From assembly GCF_000027125.1 (NCBI RefSeq), contig NC_017626.1: 64,000 nt of DNA. One strand, 5' to 3'. The first letter of the stretch is position 1. Each line of letters begins with the position of its first letter. The notes beneath the pieces were generated by a model that worked only from the letters and a program-made list of their open reading frames with translations, was not told the origin of the DNA and ran no database searches. This DNA comes from Escherichia coli 042 (GTDB lineage: Bacteria; Pseudomonadota; Gammaproteobacteria; Enterobacterales; Enterobacteriaceae). The position numbers and the translations under genes are program-made. Of the stretch, positions 9,515 through 20,437 are shown piece after piece.

Positions 9515-10981
9515 TTATTTTTTCTCGACGACGGGACTTGCCTGATACCCGCCGCCCAGCGATTTCATCAACTGAATGCTTTGGATCACCCGGCGGCTGT
9601 CCAGCATCAGTAATGACATCTCCTCGGCAAGCACTGGCAACCGGGCTTCGGTGGCCTGTAAGCGGCTGGTTAAGCCGCGTTGATAGGCGGCCTCGGCAGC
9701 GCGCTGGGTGAAGCGCGTGGCTTCCACGCGTTCAGCCTGCATCTCTCGCTCGTCGTTGAGCGTTTGCAGACGCGTGCCGTTGACGGCAACGTCGCGCACC
9801 GCATTCAGCACTGACTGGTTGTAACGTTCAATCATCATGTTGCTGGCGGCGCGAGTGCCTTCGAGATTGGCATTCAACCGTCCACCGTCAAACAGCGGCA
9901 ATTTCAGACCCGGGATAAAGTTGAACTGGCGACTGGTTTTTTTGAATAAGGTATCCAGGTGGATAGAATCCAGGCCGAAAAACGCTTTGATATCAAAGCT
10001 CGGATAGAACAGCGCCCGCGCGGAATCCACCTGATCTAATGACGCCTGAACATACCAGCGCATAGCTTGCAGATCCGGGCGTCTGGCGAGCAACTCATAA
10101 GAGAGTGTCGCCGGAATACCGGTCTGGACTCGTGGTAATGCCACCGGTTTGATCTCCGGCATATCGCTGGCTCCCGCGCCAATCAATGCGCGCAGAGATT
10201 CTCTCGTTTCGGTGATTTGCCCTTTGACGGCAGCAATTTGTTTATCGACCGCCAGAATCTGTGCCCGCGCGCCGTGGAAAGGCACTTGCGCTTCCAGACC
10301 GTGCGCCACTTTACTCTGGTGCGCTTTTACCGCGTAATCAATCACATCGCGAGTTTGTTCTAACAGATCGAGCATCTGATAGCTGGCCTGCATACTGTAA
10401 TAAAGCTGCGCTACGCCCGTGGTCAGCGATAGCTCTACTGCTGCGGTTTCTGCCAGCGCGGCATTATGCGCGCCAATGGCAGCGGCAACCGCTGAGCGAT
10501 GCACACCCCACAAATCGAGATCCAGTCCGGCAAACAAACCTACTGTGGCTTCCGTATAGTACGGCCCGTCCATACCCAGTGCTGGCGCATCCATCGCATA
10601 AGGGCTTAAAAAGCCGTTCGCCGAGACACGTTGGCGGTTGAGCATCCCTAACGCTGCGACCTGTAATTGTGAACCGGCATCTAACAAATCGGCCTGCGAC
10701 TGCGCTTTTTCTTCCCGCAGTTTCGCTTCGGCGAGGGTGTGTGAACCACTTAGCGTCCGTTGGATCAGCGCATCCAGCTGCGGGTCATTGAGTTGTTTCC
10801 ACCACTGCGCCTGCGGCCAGCCGGAGCTGGCAAGATGAATATCATCGGCCAGTTTGATTTGTTCCGGTTTGAGCTGTTGATGAGGTGCAGAATCCTTACG
10901 TACCAGGGCACAGCCGGAAATCAGCGTCGTGCTGCCGAGAATGCTGCACAACAGCAGACGTGAAAGTTGACGATTGATCAT
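9515..10981 (-). CDS. mdtP: Outer membrane factor (TolC-like) of the MdtNOP efflux system
   Basis: 488 aa with lipoprotein signal peptide (LISGCA); OMF family; overlaps mdtO. Confidence 0.9.
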   Translation of the reverse strand: MINRQLSRLLLCSILGSTTLISGCALVRKDSAPHQQLKPEQIKLADDIHLASSGWPQAQWWKQLNDPQLDALIQRTLSGSHTLAEAKLREEKAQSQADLLDAGSQLQVAALGMLNRQRVSANGFLSPYAMDAPALGMDGPYYTEATVGLFAGLDLDLWGVHRSAVAAAIGAHNAALAETAAVELSLTTGVAQLYYSMQASYQMLDLLEQTRDVIDYAVKAHQSKVAHGLEAQVPFHGARAQILAVDKQIAAVKGQITETRESLRALIGAGASDMPEIKPVALPRVQTGIPATLSYELLARRPDLQAMRWYVQASLDQVDSARALFYPSFDIKAFFGLDSIHLDTLFKKTSRQFNFIPGLKLPLFDGGRLNANLEGTRAASNMMIERYNQSVLNAVRDVAVNGTRLQTLNDEREMQAERVEATRFTQRAAEAAYQRGLTSRLQATEARLPVLAEEMSLLMLDSRRVIQSIQLMKSLGGGYQASPVVEKK

Positions 10982-13029
10982 TGCGTGGCTCCTTGTACCT
11001 GTTCCTTGGCGGGCGTTAATGCCGGGGCTGTCCAGTCTGGCAAGCGGGCGAAAAGCTGGCAGACGTGTTGTTCCTGTTTTAATAAGGTGGGCAGGATGGC
11101 CTGCGAGGCGGGTGTCTCTTCAAGCGTTATTTGAGGAGAACGGCTGAGTGCGGTTGCCAGACCGGCAGCGTATTTCTCAAGTGCGTCGGCAAACTGACCT
11201 GCTCTGTCCGGCTGTAGTGCGTTATCCAGCGCCTGCGCCGAGTTCCAGGTTGCATCCCAGGCGTGAAGAATATCGCGGCCCTGACGAATAACCGTTTGCG
11301 AACGTTCAATCAGTAGAGCGCGTTCTTCGCTGTCCAGTTGACGCTCCAGCGCCACGCGTTGGAACATCTCTTCACAGGCATTAAACGCCGCATGCAGACC
11401 TATACGAATTTGCAGATAAGTGCGCAGAGCCGTGACTTCCTGCTGGCGTGGGATCCGCATTACTTTACTCAACATACCCAGCGCGCCAGCCAGTTTTTGC
11501 GGCAGTGTGCGCGCTTCACTTTCAGGCCAGACAAAGGTGTAAATCACCGCGGACACCACGGTACCAATGATGATACCCAGGGCGCGATCGCGAATTTCCA
11601 CCAGGTCGTACACTGGGCCAAAAACGTTTTCGAGCGTGGCGAGCGCGAAGGTGACCACCATCTGTGTGCCGATATAAGAAGAGCGTTCAGAGCTGGTGGC
11701 AATCCATGCGCCCAACAGGAAAATCGGTGCCAGCACAAACAGCAATTCGACAATATTGTCCAGCCAGGGCATGACCAGTAACGTGAATAACAGCGCCAGA
11801 ATTGCACCGAAGAAGGCACCGCCAAAACGCAGCGCCATTTTCTGATACGACGAACCAACATTCGGGTTAGCGACGATCACGCAGGTCAGCATACAGGTGT
11901 GAATGCCTTCCCAGTCCACGCCGCTGTAGAAGGTGTAACAGATCAAACAGGCGAGCAGCGTTTTTACCGCGTAGCGCATATAGTCTGGATTGGTAAAAGC
12001 GTCGGCGACCATTGATGGCGGTTTGGTGGCGGGCGTTGGCGGCGTATTCGGGTCCATCTGACCCAGTTGTAACAACGTCTGGCAGATATTCTCCAGGTTA
12101 CATTCCCGTGCCGCCATCGCTTCACTTTCAGTGATCCGCCAGTCGCTTTGCCAGCACTGACCTTCGGCAATGGCATGCTGCAGTTTGTTGATTTCTGAGG
12201 CTAATTTTTGCCGAAATTCAATAATTGCCTGAGAATCAGCAAAAGAGGTGGGATCGTAGCGATTCAGCGTCGAGTAAATGTAGGTTACCGTAGCCACACA
12301 GCTTTGCCACCATGCGCTCTGAGTTCGCCAGTTGGCATCGTCCGCGAGGCAAAAGACATTGAGTTTTTGCAGCGCCAGCGCCTCTCTTTCAATCCGCGTT
12401 TCGGGTAGCGGTGTGAGGCTGTCCGTCAGGTGGCTAATGGCATCATCAAGCCGATCATTAAGCGCCTGATGCATCTGCGTGATAGCGCGGCTGGGAAACC
12501 ACAGCACGCCGATTAACGTCATCAATAACGTCGGATAGAGGCCAACAACGATACACCACAGGGTTAAGCGCACGACCACTTCCGGATAGTCGAGCATGGC
12601 GGGGAAGGTTTGCCCGTAAATAGCGACAATGGCGACGGCGAAAAAGACCAGCCCCAACCGATGGGTGCGCATCAAAAACATACAGCCCATCAGGATCGGC
12701 CCGGCGATGATCAATCGGATCAACGGTTCGCCGTATGACCATTTGTAGATCAAAAACAGGCTGCCGATCTCCAGCATCGTGGCGACCACAAACAAGATCG
12801 CGACAAATTTGGTGTAAAACGCGTTCGACTGAATACCGTAAAACAGTACTGCCAGTGATAACGCCACAAAAGGGATCTCAAAAGTCATTGAGATCAGAAT
12901 CACCAGCAGGCAGCCTACCCAGAGTTGCATAGTCTGCGGCACGCGGCCTGGTCGCCGCTCGCTTAACTCTTCATGAAAGAACGCCAGCAGCCTGACCACC
13001 GGTAATGGCAGGGAGTTGAGCGCGCTCAT
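10978..13029 (-). CDS. mdtO: FUSC-family inner membrane efflux component
   Basis: 683 aa with two hydrophobic domains separated by a soluble region; recognised as YjcQ/MdtO. Confidence 0.9.
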   Translation of the reverse strand: MSALNSLPLPVVRLLAFFHEELSERRPGRVPQTMQLWVGCLLVILISMTFEIPFVALSLAVLFYGIQSNAFYTKFVAILFVVATMLEIGSLFLIYKWSYGEPLIRLIIAGPILMGCMFLMRTHRLGLVFFAVAIVAIYGQTFPAMLDYPEVVVRLTLWCIVVGLYPTLLMTLIGVLWFPSRAITQMHQALNDRLDDAISHLTDSLTPLPETRIEREALALQKLNVFCLADDANWRTQSAWWQSCVATVTYIYSTLNRYDPTSFADSQAIIEFRQKLASEINKLQHAIAEGQCWQSDWRITESEAMAARECNLENICQTLLQLGQMDPNTPPTPATKPPSMVADAFTNPDYMRYAVKTLLACLICYTFYSGVDWEGIHTCMLTCVIVANPNVGSSYQKMALRFGGAFFGAILALLFTLLVMPWLDNIVELLFVLAPIFLLGAWIATSSERSSYIGTQMVVTFALATLENVFGPVYDLVEIRDRALGIIIGTVVSAVIYTFVWPESEARTLPQKLAGALGMLSKVMRIPRQQEVTALRTYLQIRIGLHAAFNACEEMFQRVALERQLDSEERALLIERSQTVIRQGRDILHAWDATWNSAQALDNALQPDRAGQFADALEKYAAGLATALSRSPQITLEETPASQAILPTLLKQEQHVCQLFARLPDWTAPALTPAKEQVQGATQ

Positions 13030-14060
13030 TATTGTGGCTCAAGATTAGCGACTGCCGAAGCGCCGATGCGGAACATTTCCGGGTCAGGTTTATCAACCAT
13101 GATTTTGACCGGAAAACGCTGGGCAACGCGGACCCAGTTAATAGAACGAGACACTTTCGGCAGGCCGCCCAGCACCAGGCCGCCGTCATCCGGTAGCACG
13201 CCGTAGCCAATCGAATCCACTTTACCCTCGAAGGTTTTGCCGCTGTCGCTCATCAGGCGAATCGTTGCGGGTGTACCTGAGCGAATATTTTTCAGATCGG
13301 TTTCGCGGAAGTTGGCGATCACGTACCAGTGACGAGTGTCGATTAGGGTAAAAATTGGGCGCATGGCAGAAGCAAATTGCCCGACGGAGGTTTTGAGGGA
13401 AATGACCCGGCCATCAAACGGCGCGCGAACGGTCGCCATTTCCAGATGCAGTTTGGTCAACGCAATATCCGCTTCCACTGCCGCACGCTGGGCAACTAAT
13501 GCATCCACGCCGCTGACGGCGCTGGCGGCTGACTGCGCCTGCAACAATACGGCATTAAGATCGGCTTCTGCGGCGCGCTGCGCGGTTCTCGCGCGGTCAA
13601 CATCTTCCGCTGAGACGAAACCTTCTTTCAGTAATGGCTCGGTGCGGCGTAATGTATCACTGGCCTGTTTCGCGGCGGCACGGGCTTTTTCTACCGTGGC
13701 ATTAACCGAGTCGGCACCAAACTGTTGTGCGTCAACGCTACGCTGGGTGAGCATAATTTGCTTATCCAGCGCCGCGAGGGAGGCTTCGGCTTTCGCCAGA
13801 TTGGCTTCGTACGGGCGCGGGTCGATGCGGAACAGCAAATCGCCCTGTTTCACCGCCTGGTTGTCGGTGACCGCCAGTTCTACAATGCGACCGCTGACTT
13901 CCGGCACCACATCAATGGTATCTGCTGACGCGTAAGCGTCATTAGTTGATGGCGCACTGTCTACGCGCCAGATAACGAAAACAAGGGCAACCAGCGCCAA
14001 CGCAACCACTAACAGAGCAGGGAATTTACTGCGAGGAGCTTTTTTCGGCGTACTTTCCAT
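13029..14060 (-). CDS. mdtN: HlyD-family membrane fusion protein
   Basis: 343 aa; N-terminal membrane anchor followed by coiled-coil region; 1-nt overlap with mdtO start. Confidence 0.9.
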   Translation of the reverse strand: MESTPKKAPRSKFPALLVVALALVALVFVIWRVDSAPSTNDAYASADTIDVVPEVSGRIVELAVTDNQAVKQGDLLFRIDPRPYEANLAKAEASLAALDKQIMLTQRSVDAQQFGADSVNATVEKARAAAKQASDTLRRTEPLLKEGFVSAEDVDRARTAQRAAEADLNAVLLQAQSAASAVSGVDALVAQRAAVEADIALTKLHLEMATVRAPFDGRVISLKTSVGQFASAMRPIFTLIDTRHWYVIANFRETDLKNIRSGTPATIRLMSDSGKTFEGKVDSIGYGVLPDDGGLVLGGLPKVSRSINWVRVAQRFPVKIMVDKPDPEMFRIGASAVANLEPQ

Positions 14061-14078
14061 GAGCGCGTCTCAAATAGA

Positions 14079-14354
14079 TTAGAAAAATGCCAGCCAGAAC
14101 AGCATGGCGTAGAGAGCAAAAAGGGCGGTATAAATAATTCCGACAAATGCCAGATTGATATTTGCCCGCTGAATAATTCGCCTCGTGATGAGCGTCAAAA
14201 TAAGGCTGGCAATGGCGCAGAAAAACCAGCTGGGATAATAAGCGCCGATCACCGGGATTGCCGGAGATAATGAGCATCCCGAAACCATGAAGACGGGAAT
14301 TATCCAGACTGTTTTTTTGAGTTGCATCGCCATGCGAGAGAGAACTGTTGGCAT
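14079..14354 (-). CDS. ytcA: Small lipoprotein YtcA
   Basis: Start chosen at MPTVLSRMAMQLKK... (91 aa) within the 107-aa track ORF; lipobox (MVSGC); 18 bp upstream of mdtN. Confidence 0.75.
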   Translation of the reverse strand: MPTVLSRMAMQLKKTVWIIPVFMVSGCSLSPAIPVIGAYYPSWFFCAIASLILTLITRRIIQRANINLAFVGIIYTALFALYAMLFWLAFF

Positions 14355-14526
14355 ATTAAATACATCCTGTCTGCTGCGAACAATATCTGTAGTGAATATC
14401 AATATCCATTGAAGGCGTCAGTATGGCTATTTTCTCGATGAATAAAAATAGCTTTATTCAGCCACCGCATTCATAACTTATATATTTTATGTATTAATTT
14501 GTTGTATGTATTTTTAAAATAAATGC

Positions 14527-14552
14527 TTTTGGGGGCTTAAGCGCCCCCAAAA
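14527..14552 (-). terminator. GC-rich hairpin, likely intrinsic terminator after yjcS
   Basis: Inverted repeat ttttgggggcttaagcgcccccaaaa flanked by A/T runs, 11 bp past the yjcS stop. Confidence 0.6.
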
Positions 14553-14562
14553 GTGAGTGGCA

Positions 14563-16548
14563 TTAATTTGGGGTTACGATATTCACCCACAAATCGAAAT
14601 TATCCAGACAGGCAATAATTTCTTCCAGTTTCGCGCCATTGCCAATAATTTTGGCTTTCTTCGCTTTTACCAGATCCGCCATTTTGGCTTGTGCGGTCAG
14701 CACGGCGTGAAGATCTTCACGGCTGATGTAGAAAGAGGCGTTGGCTTCAGGTTGCAGCGTTTTACGGTAGTTAAGCACGCTATCGTTCAGCGTCAGGTTG
14801 AGGTTATCGCCGTTGCTCATATTGAAGTTCAGGCTGATATTCTTACCTGCGGCTTTCGCGCTATCGAGGCGAACGGCCATAAAGTCGAATAGCATTTCGA
14901 CCGACATTCCGCGAAGGGTGTCCGGGAAACCGGTGGAGCTGTGGCTGAACTTATGTACCCCTTCGCGCAGCTCTTTCGCGCCGGTCAGGTAGAAACCGCG
15001 CCAGGTGGCGGACTCGGCCTGATAGCCCAGCTGTTCAAAGTTATTCGCTTGCAGATTCTTCGCGACCTGGTCACCAGGGTTGGCGGCAATCACCTGTTTC
15101 AGCAGTTCTGCCGACCAGCGGTAATCACCTTGCTTGTTCGCTTCTTGCGCCAGGTTGATGACACGGGCAGAACCGCCCAGCGCCTGCACGTAACGTTTAC
15201 CCATCTCCACCTGACCATACGGATGCAGGTTAGCCGGGTTACCGTCGTAATAGCCAAGATAGAAGTTATACACCGCGCGGGCGTTGTGGCTGACAGAACC
15301 GTAATAGCCGCGGCTGGCCCAGTTATTGGCAAGCGCAGGCGGCAGCTTAATCATGTCGCCGATTTCATTCATGGTGTAGCCCTGGTTTGCCAGGTGCAGG
15401 GTCTGGTCGTGAATGTACTTGATGGTATCGCGATATTTACCAATATAATCATTGATATGCTTATTGCCCCAGACCGGCCAGGTGTGCGGCATAAACAGTA
15501 CTTCCGCGTCATTACCCCACATATCCAGCGTTTCGTTCAGATACTCGGTCCACTTGCTGGTGTCGCGGGTTTTCGCGCCGCGCAGAGTGTAGAAGTTGTG
15601 CAGGGTATGCGTGGCGTTCTCGGCGGTACACAGGGCTTTCAGAGCCGGAATATAGAAGTGCATTTCGGCTGGCGCTTCGCTACCCGGAGTCATCAGGAAG
15701 TCAAATTCCAGGCCGTCGATAATCATCTTCTCGCCAGTTCTGACGATAGTTTTAGTCGGTGCAATAATGCTCGGGTCGCCCGTTGCCAGCGTCACGCCCA
15801 GGCCGTTGCCCACGTTGCCTTGCGCGTTGTGCGGCAGTAACAGACCGTAAGAGTAGAGCGCACGGCGGCTCATGATGTTACCCGCCAGCACGTTTTCGCT
15901 GATGGCTTCGTCCATAAAGCCTGCCGGAGCGATCACCTGCACTTTGCCGGATTTAACATCCGCTTCAGAGATAATGCCTTTCACACCGCCATAATGGTCG
16001 GCGTGGCTGTGGGTGTAAATCACAGCAACAATCGGTTTTTGCGGACGATGCTGGAAGTAAAGGTCAAGTGCGGCTTTTGCGGCAGGCGGCGTCACCAGCG
16101 GGTCGATAACAATAATGCCTTTTTCGCCTTCTACAAATGTAACGTTAGAGATATCTTGGCCGCGCACCTGATACATTTTATCGGTGACTTTGAACAGGCC
16201 AGAAATACCGTTGATTTGCGACTGACGCCACAGGCTGGGGTTTACGGTTTCCGGCGCAGCGGCATTAATATCAAATTTGTAATCGTCTGCGCGGTAGTAA
16301 ACTTTACCGTTCGCATCACGCAGAATACCTTCATCCAGCAGCGGGGCGATAAATCCACGCTGGGCATCGTCAAAATCTTGACGATCGCTAAACGGTAATG
16401 ATTTGGCGTAATTCTGATTAATCTGTTGGGTATATTGAGTGGCGGCTTTCGCTTCCTCTTTCGCGTTAGCGGTATTTACCATCATGCCGCTGGCGGCAGT
16501 TAACGCAATAACAATCCTGCTCAAACGGAATAACCGAGAGTTATTCAT
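14563..16548 (-). CDS. yjcS: Alkyl/aryl sulfatase, metallo-beta-lactamase fold
   Basis: Signal peptide; HSHADH zinc-binding motif ([11 protein letters not shown]); start taken at the second in-frame Met region (MNNSRLF...); track ORF is 665 aa. Confidence 0.9.
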   Translation of the reverse strand: MNNSRLFRLSRIVIALTAASGMMVNTANAKEEAKAATQYTQQINQNYAKSLPFSDRQDFDDAQRGFIAPLLDEGILRDANGKVYYRADDYKFDINAAAPETVNPSLWRQSQINGISGLFKVTDKMYQVRGQDISNVTFVEGEKGIIVIDPLVTPPAAKAALDLYFQHRPQKPIVAVIYTHSHADHYGGVKGIISEADVKSGKVQVIAPAGFMDEAISENVLAGNIMSRRALYSYGLLLPHNAQGNVGNGLGVTLATGDPSIIAPTKTIVRTGEKMIIDGLEFDFLMTPGSEAPAEMHFYIPALKALCTAENATHTLHNFYTLRGAKTRDTSKWTEYLNETLDMWGNDAEVLFMPHTWPVWGNKHINDYIGKYRDTIKYIHDQTLHLANQGYTMNEIGDMIKLPPALANNWASRGYYGSVSHNARAVYNFYLGYYDGNPANLHPYGQVEMGKRYVQALGGSARVINLAQEANKQGDYRWSAELLKQVIAANPGDQVAKNLQANNFEQLGYQAESATWRGFYLTGAKELREGVHKFSHSSTGFPDTLRGMSVEMLFDFMAVRLDSAKAAGKNISLNFNMSNGDNLNLTLNDSVLNYRKTLQPEANASFYISREDLHAVLTAQAKMADLVKAKKAKIIGNGAKLEEIIACLDNFDLWVNIVTPN

Positions 16549-16800
16549 ATAAATCTCCATTTATCATTTATGTCGTAAATATGTAGTCCATGCAAAATAC
16601 GTCATTTGAAGCTGGCGTTATCATAATTGGGAATTTGCGACTTTAATAAGTGGAAGTGTGAGCGGAGCGAGCCATTTTATTAGGCATTTGTGCTGAAGAG
16701 GGAAAAGTACGCGAATTTATTATCTCTGTAAATAATATGAGGTATTTTATATATTTATTATATATATTGTACTTCGGCAAATACTGAGCACAATTAATCA

Positions 16801-17118
16801 ATGCAACCGGTGTTTCTTTTTAAAAAACGTACCGGAGCAATGGGCGGTCATGTCGCTGGCACCGCAGGATTCTGTGTTGCTGTGCCAACCTTTTATTCAT
16901 GGTCAATGAGTGAGGGGATTGATAAAGAAACCAGGTCGTCAGAGCGCACTGATTATCCGCATTACGCCAGTGACGTTGCACTGGCTTTTGGTTCACGAGT
17001 GGTTGGCCTCGAACTGGCAAAAATGATTGTGGATGCGTGGCTGGGCGCGCAGTACGAATGCGGTCGTCATCAACAACGCGTGGAGGCGATTACGGCAATA
17101 GAGCAGCGGAAAAATTGA
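16801..17118 (+). pseudogene. rpiB: Degenerate remnant of ribose-5-phosphate isomerase B (rpiB) with internal deletion and non-homologous 5' part
   Basis: 105 aa ORF contains SSERTDYPHYAS...VALA joined directly to FGSRVVGLELAKMIVDAWLGAQYE.GRHQQRVEAITAIEQR, which I recall as RpiB residues about 36-53 and 107-149; the catalytic middle is absent. Confidence 0.6.
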
Positions 17119-17186
17119 GATTCATCCACTACTTGCATGGATGAGTAATGACTAATATGGATAGAGTTTCTTTTTGAGGTTGGCTA

Positions 17187-17516
17187 ATGAAACGCTTTCC
17201 GCTATTTCTTTTATTCACCCTGCTCACGCTGTCCACCGTTCCGGCCCAGGCCGATATTATCGACGACACCATTGGCAATATTCAGCAGGCGATTAACGAT
17301 GCTTATAACCCTGACCGTGGGCGAGACTATGAAGATTCGCGCGACGACAGCTGGCAGCGTGAAGTGAACGACGATCGGCGCAGACAATATGACGATCGCC
17401 GCCGCCAGTTTGAAGATCGCCGCAGGCAGCTGGACGATCGCCAGCGCCAGCTTGATCAGGAGCGTCGGCAACTGGAGGATGAAGAGCGGAGAATGGAAGA
17501 TGAGTATGGGCGGTGA
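17187..17516 (+). CDS. yjdP: Secreted charged-repeat protein YjdP
   Basis: 109 aa; signal peptide (MKRFPLFLLFTLLTLSTVPAQA); tandem DDRRRQ-type repeats; GAGG RBS upstream. Confidence 0.8.
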   Translation: MKRFPLFLLFTLLTLSTVPAQADIIDDTIGNIQQAINDAYNPDRGRDYEDSRDDSWQREVNDDRRRQYDDRRRQFEDRRRQLDDRQRQLDQERRQLEDEERRMEDEYGR

Positions 17517-17550
17517 TGTTGAGTCTAGAGCAGGCATCGCCCCTCACCCA

Positions 17551-18321
17551 TCACTCCACCCCAATCTCCACCCCAATCTCCATCCCATCAAACCCCGCCT
17601 CAAACCCCGACGGCAGTGCGTTTTCCATCAGCCACGCATCAAACTGGTGGCTGATATGGGTCAGAATCACCCGTGGCGAGCGGATAACCTGATTCAGCGC
17701 AAGCACGGTATTTAAATCACAGTGATTACGCGGTGCATCCTCGCGCGGCGGGTGGCTGCAATCAATCACCATTACCTGTGGCTGATTATTGCGTAAAAAT
17801 TTCAGCGTTTTTTCCGGCAGGCCTGCGGTGTCAGACAGCCACGCCACCCGGCTATGTGCCGTTTCCAGTAAATAGCCGAAAGTGAGTTTCGAATGATTGA
17901 GCGGCAGCGGCGTGACCTGTAATCCCTGCAAATCAAACACTACAAACGGTTCCACCGTGTGGCTGAAATCAAGCAGGCCCGGATGTTTAAACAGATCGTC
18001 GCAGCCCTGTTCATCCGGCGGGCCGTAGACCGGGATCGAATCGCCCACGCCCCAGCGCAGCGGAAACAGCCCCTGCACGTGATCCATATGGTAGTGCGTC
18101 AGCAAAAACTGCTGGAACGATCCGGGCGACCAGCGATCGGCGAGATCGTGCAGCCCGGCGTCGATCAGGGTGATCGCGTCGTTAAACTTCACGACGCCGC
18201 TGCATGGCTGGCGGCGATACTGTGGTGAGCGCCGCGCTCTGACGCAGGCCGCGCACTCGCAGCCCCATGCCGGAACGCCCTGTGCGCCGCCGGTGCCGGT
18301 GAGCGTGAGGGTCAGACTCAT
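17551..18321 (-). CDS. phnP: PhnP, phosphoribosyl 1,2-cyclic phosphate phosphodiesterase
   Basis: 256 aa metallo-beta-lactamase fold (HYHMDH); last gene of the phn operon; C-terminus carries a 12-bp tandem duplication. Confidence 0.9.
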   Translation of the reverse strand: MSLTLTLTGTGGAQGVPAWGCECAACVRARRSPQYRRQPCSGVVKFNDAITLIDAGLHDLADRWSPGSFQQFLLTHYHMDHVQGLFPLRWGVGDSIPVYGPPDEQGCDDLFKHPGLLDFSHTVEPFVVFDLQGLQVTPLPLNHSKLTFGYLLETAHSRVAWLSDTAGLPEKTLKFLRNNQPQVMVIDCSHPPREDAPRNHCDLNTVLALNQVIRSPRVILTHISHQFDAWLMENALPSGFEAGFDGMEIGVEIGVE

Positions 18322-18322
18322 G

Positions 18323-18757
18323 TTACAGCGCCTTGGTGAAGCGGAAGTGACTCTGCTCGTAGCCTTCTCGCAGATAGAAACGGTGCGCGTCGTGGCGCTT
18401 CACGTTGGTCGAAAGCTCAGTCATTTCGGCCCCGGCCTGGCGGGCTTCTTCTTCTGCCCACGCCAGCAACTTGCTACCGACGTTCAGGCCGCGCGCCTGC
18501 GGCATCACCACCAACTCCTGAATTTCGCCGATCCAGTTGACATGATGCAGATGAAACTGCAAATGCAGGCCGATCATGCCGACAACTTCGCCATCCAGTA
18601 GCGCCAGATGGTAGCGCATGTTTGGGTCGCGCAGGTTGGCGTTAAAGCCCACGCGAAACGCGTGGTGGTCAAACTCCGCCTGTTTTAGCTCACAAATCAG
18701 CGCGTAAACTGCGTCGGTGTCGTACTGCGTAGCCGGGCGAAGCTCACAAGCAGGCAT
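18323..18757 (-). CDS. phnO: PhnO, aminoalkylphosphonate N-acetyltransferase
   Basis: 144 aa GNAT-fold protein; operon position. Confidence 0.9.
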
Positions 18758-19301
18758 GGTGTTTCTCCTTCTGATGAATCAGCGTCAGCAGCTTGTCGAC
18801 CGACTGGCGCAGGCTGCCGTCATTATTGAGCGTAAGACAATCCTGAGGAGTATAGCGGGCAGCGCGTGCCAGTCGGGCGTTAATTTCACTGGCATTTTCA
18901 CGACCACGGTTTTCGAGGCGCTGGCGCAGGATCTCCGGCGAAACCTGTAAACAAACGGGCAGCAGCGCCGATTGATAGCGCGCCCGCGCCTGCGGCAGAT
19001 GGGCGCGTGAGCCGTTGACCATCACGTCAAATCCAGCGTGCAGCCAGAGGTCAATCTCGACGCCGATGCCATAATACAGGCCGTTGGCGTGCCAGCTTAA
19101 GGCCAGAAGGTTCTGCCCCGCGCGGGTAAAAAACTCCTGCTCGCTCAGGGCGATATGGTTTTCACTTCCGGCGCTGGCGGCGCGCGTGATGTAGCGATGC
19201 GCTACCAGTAGCTGAGTTTGTTCCCGCTGGCGAAGTTCCGTCAACAGACTGTCTTTTCCGGAGCCAGAGGCCCCCATTAACCAAATCAGTTTTCCCGTCA
19301 T
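18744..19301 (-). CDS. phnN: PhnN, ribose 1,5-bisphosphate phosphokinase
   Basis: 185 aa with P-loop (GASGSGKDS); overlaps phnO and phnM. Confidence 0.9.
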
Positions 19302-20437
19302 CAGAACACCCTTTTACCCTGACGCCAGACGTGGTCGATATGAATGTGGTTGCCCTTGCGATGCGCCAGCACCAGGTCGGCGCGTTTGCCCTCGCCAATC
19401 ACCCCGCGATCCTGAAGATTAAGCGCCTGCGCCGGATTTTTAGTCACCAGCTTCACCGCCTGCGGCAGCGTAAAGCGGTTGCTCTCGTCATCGGCGACGC
19501 GAAATGCCGCATCGAGCAGGCTGGCGGGGTAGTAGTCGGAAGAGAGGATATCCAGCAGGCCAAGCTGCGCCAGTTCACTGGCCGCCACGTTGCCGGAGTG
19601 CGAACCGCCGCGCACGATATTCGGCGCGCCCATCAGCACGTTCATGCCATGCTTGCGCGAGGCTTCTGCCGCTTCGAACGTGGTGGGAAATTCGGCGATC
19701 ACGCTGCCAAGCTGGTGGGATTCGGCAACGTGCGCGTGCGTGGCGTCATCGTGGCTGGCGAGGGCAATGTGTCGCGCGCGGCACATTGCGGCGATGGTTT
19801 CGCGATTTGGCTGCGACCAGCGTGCGGCGAGCGCCAATTGCTCTTCTTCGTACTGCTGCATCTGCGCATCGGTGAGGGAATATTTGCCCTGATAATATTC
19901 GCGATACTTCTCGCGATTGGCGAACTGGCGCTGGCCTGGCGAGTGGTCCATCAGCGATACCAGCGTCACCGGTTCGCGCTGCACCAGTTTTTCAAACAGC
20001 GGCAACGTGGTGTGGTGCGGCAGTTCGCAGCGCAGGTGCAGGCGGTGCTCGGCGCGGTTGACGCCGCGTTTCTGCGTCTCTTCGATGGCGTTGATCATCT
20101 TCTCCAGATTCTCCAGCCGATCGCCGCCGTCGCGCACATCACCAATCGCCACGGCGTCCAGTACGGTGGTGATGCCGCTTGCCACCATCAGCGCGTCGTG
20201 GCTGCTCATCGCCGAATGGGCGGGCCAGTCGACTTTCGGGCGCGGGGTGAAGAATTTATCGAGGTTGTCGGTATGCAGCTCAATCAGGCCGGGTAGTAGC
20301 CAGCCACCTTCGCCGTCCATCGCTTCCGGCTGGCGGCTCTGGCTTTCGGCAAAGGCGCGAATTTCGCCATCCTGTACTTCCAGTGAACCGTGCACCACTT
20401 CGTTTTCCAGCACCAGTTTGACGTTATTGATAATCAT
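19301..20437 (-). CDS. phnM: PhnM, RPnTP diphosphatase (amidohydrolase fold)
   Basis: 378 aa; operon position; overlapping stop/start with neighbours. Confidence 0.9.
   Translation of the reverse strand: MIINNVKLVLENEVVHGSLEVQDGEIRAFAESQSRQPEAMDGEGGWLLPGLIELHTDNLDKFFTPRPKVDWPAHSAMSSHDALMVASGITTVLDAVAIGDVRDGGDRLENLEKMINAIEETQKRGVNRAEHRLHLRCELPHHTTLPLFEKLVQREPVTLVSLMDHSPGQRQFANREKYREYYQGKYSLTDAQMQQYEEEQLALAARWSQPNRETIAAMCRARHIALASHDDATHAHVAESHQLGSVIAEFPTTFEAAEASRKHGMNVLMGAPNIVRGGSHSGNVAASELAQLGLLDILSSDYYPASLLDAAFRVADDESNRFTLPQAVKLVTKNPAQALNLQDRGVIGEGKRADLVLAHRKGNHIHIDHVWRQGKRVF

Noticed and set aside
16801-17118. 105-aa ORF as a novel gene
   Set aside because: Two blocks match RpiB; treated as an rpiB remnant/pseudogene.
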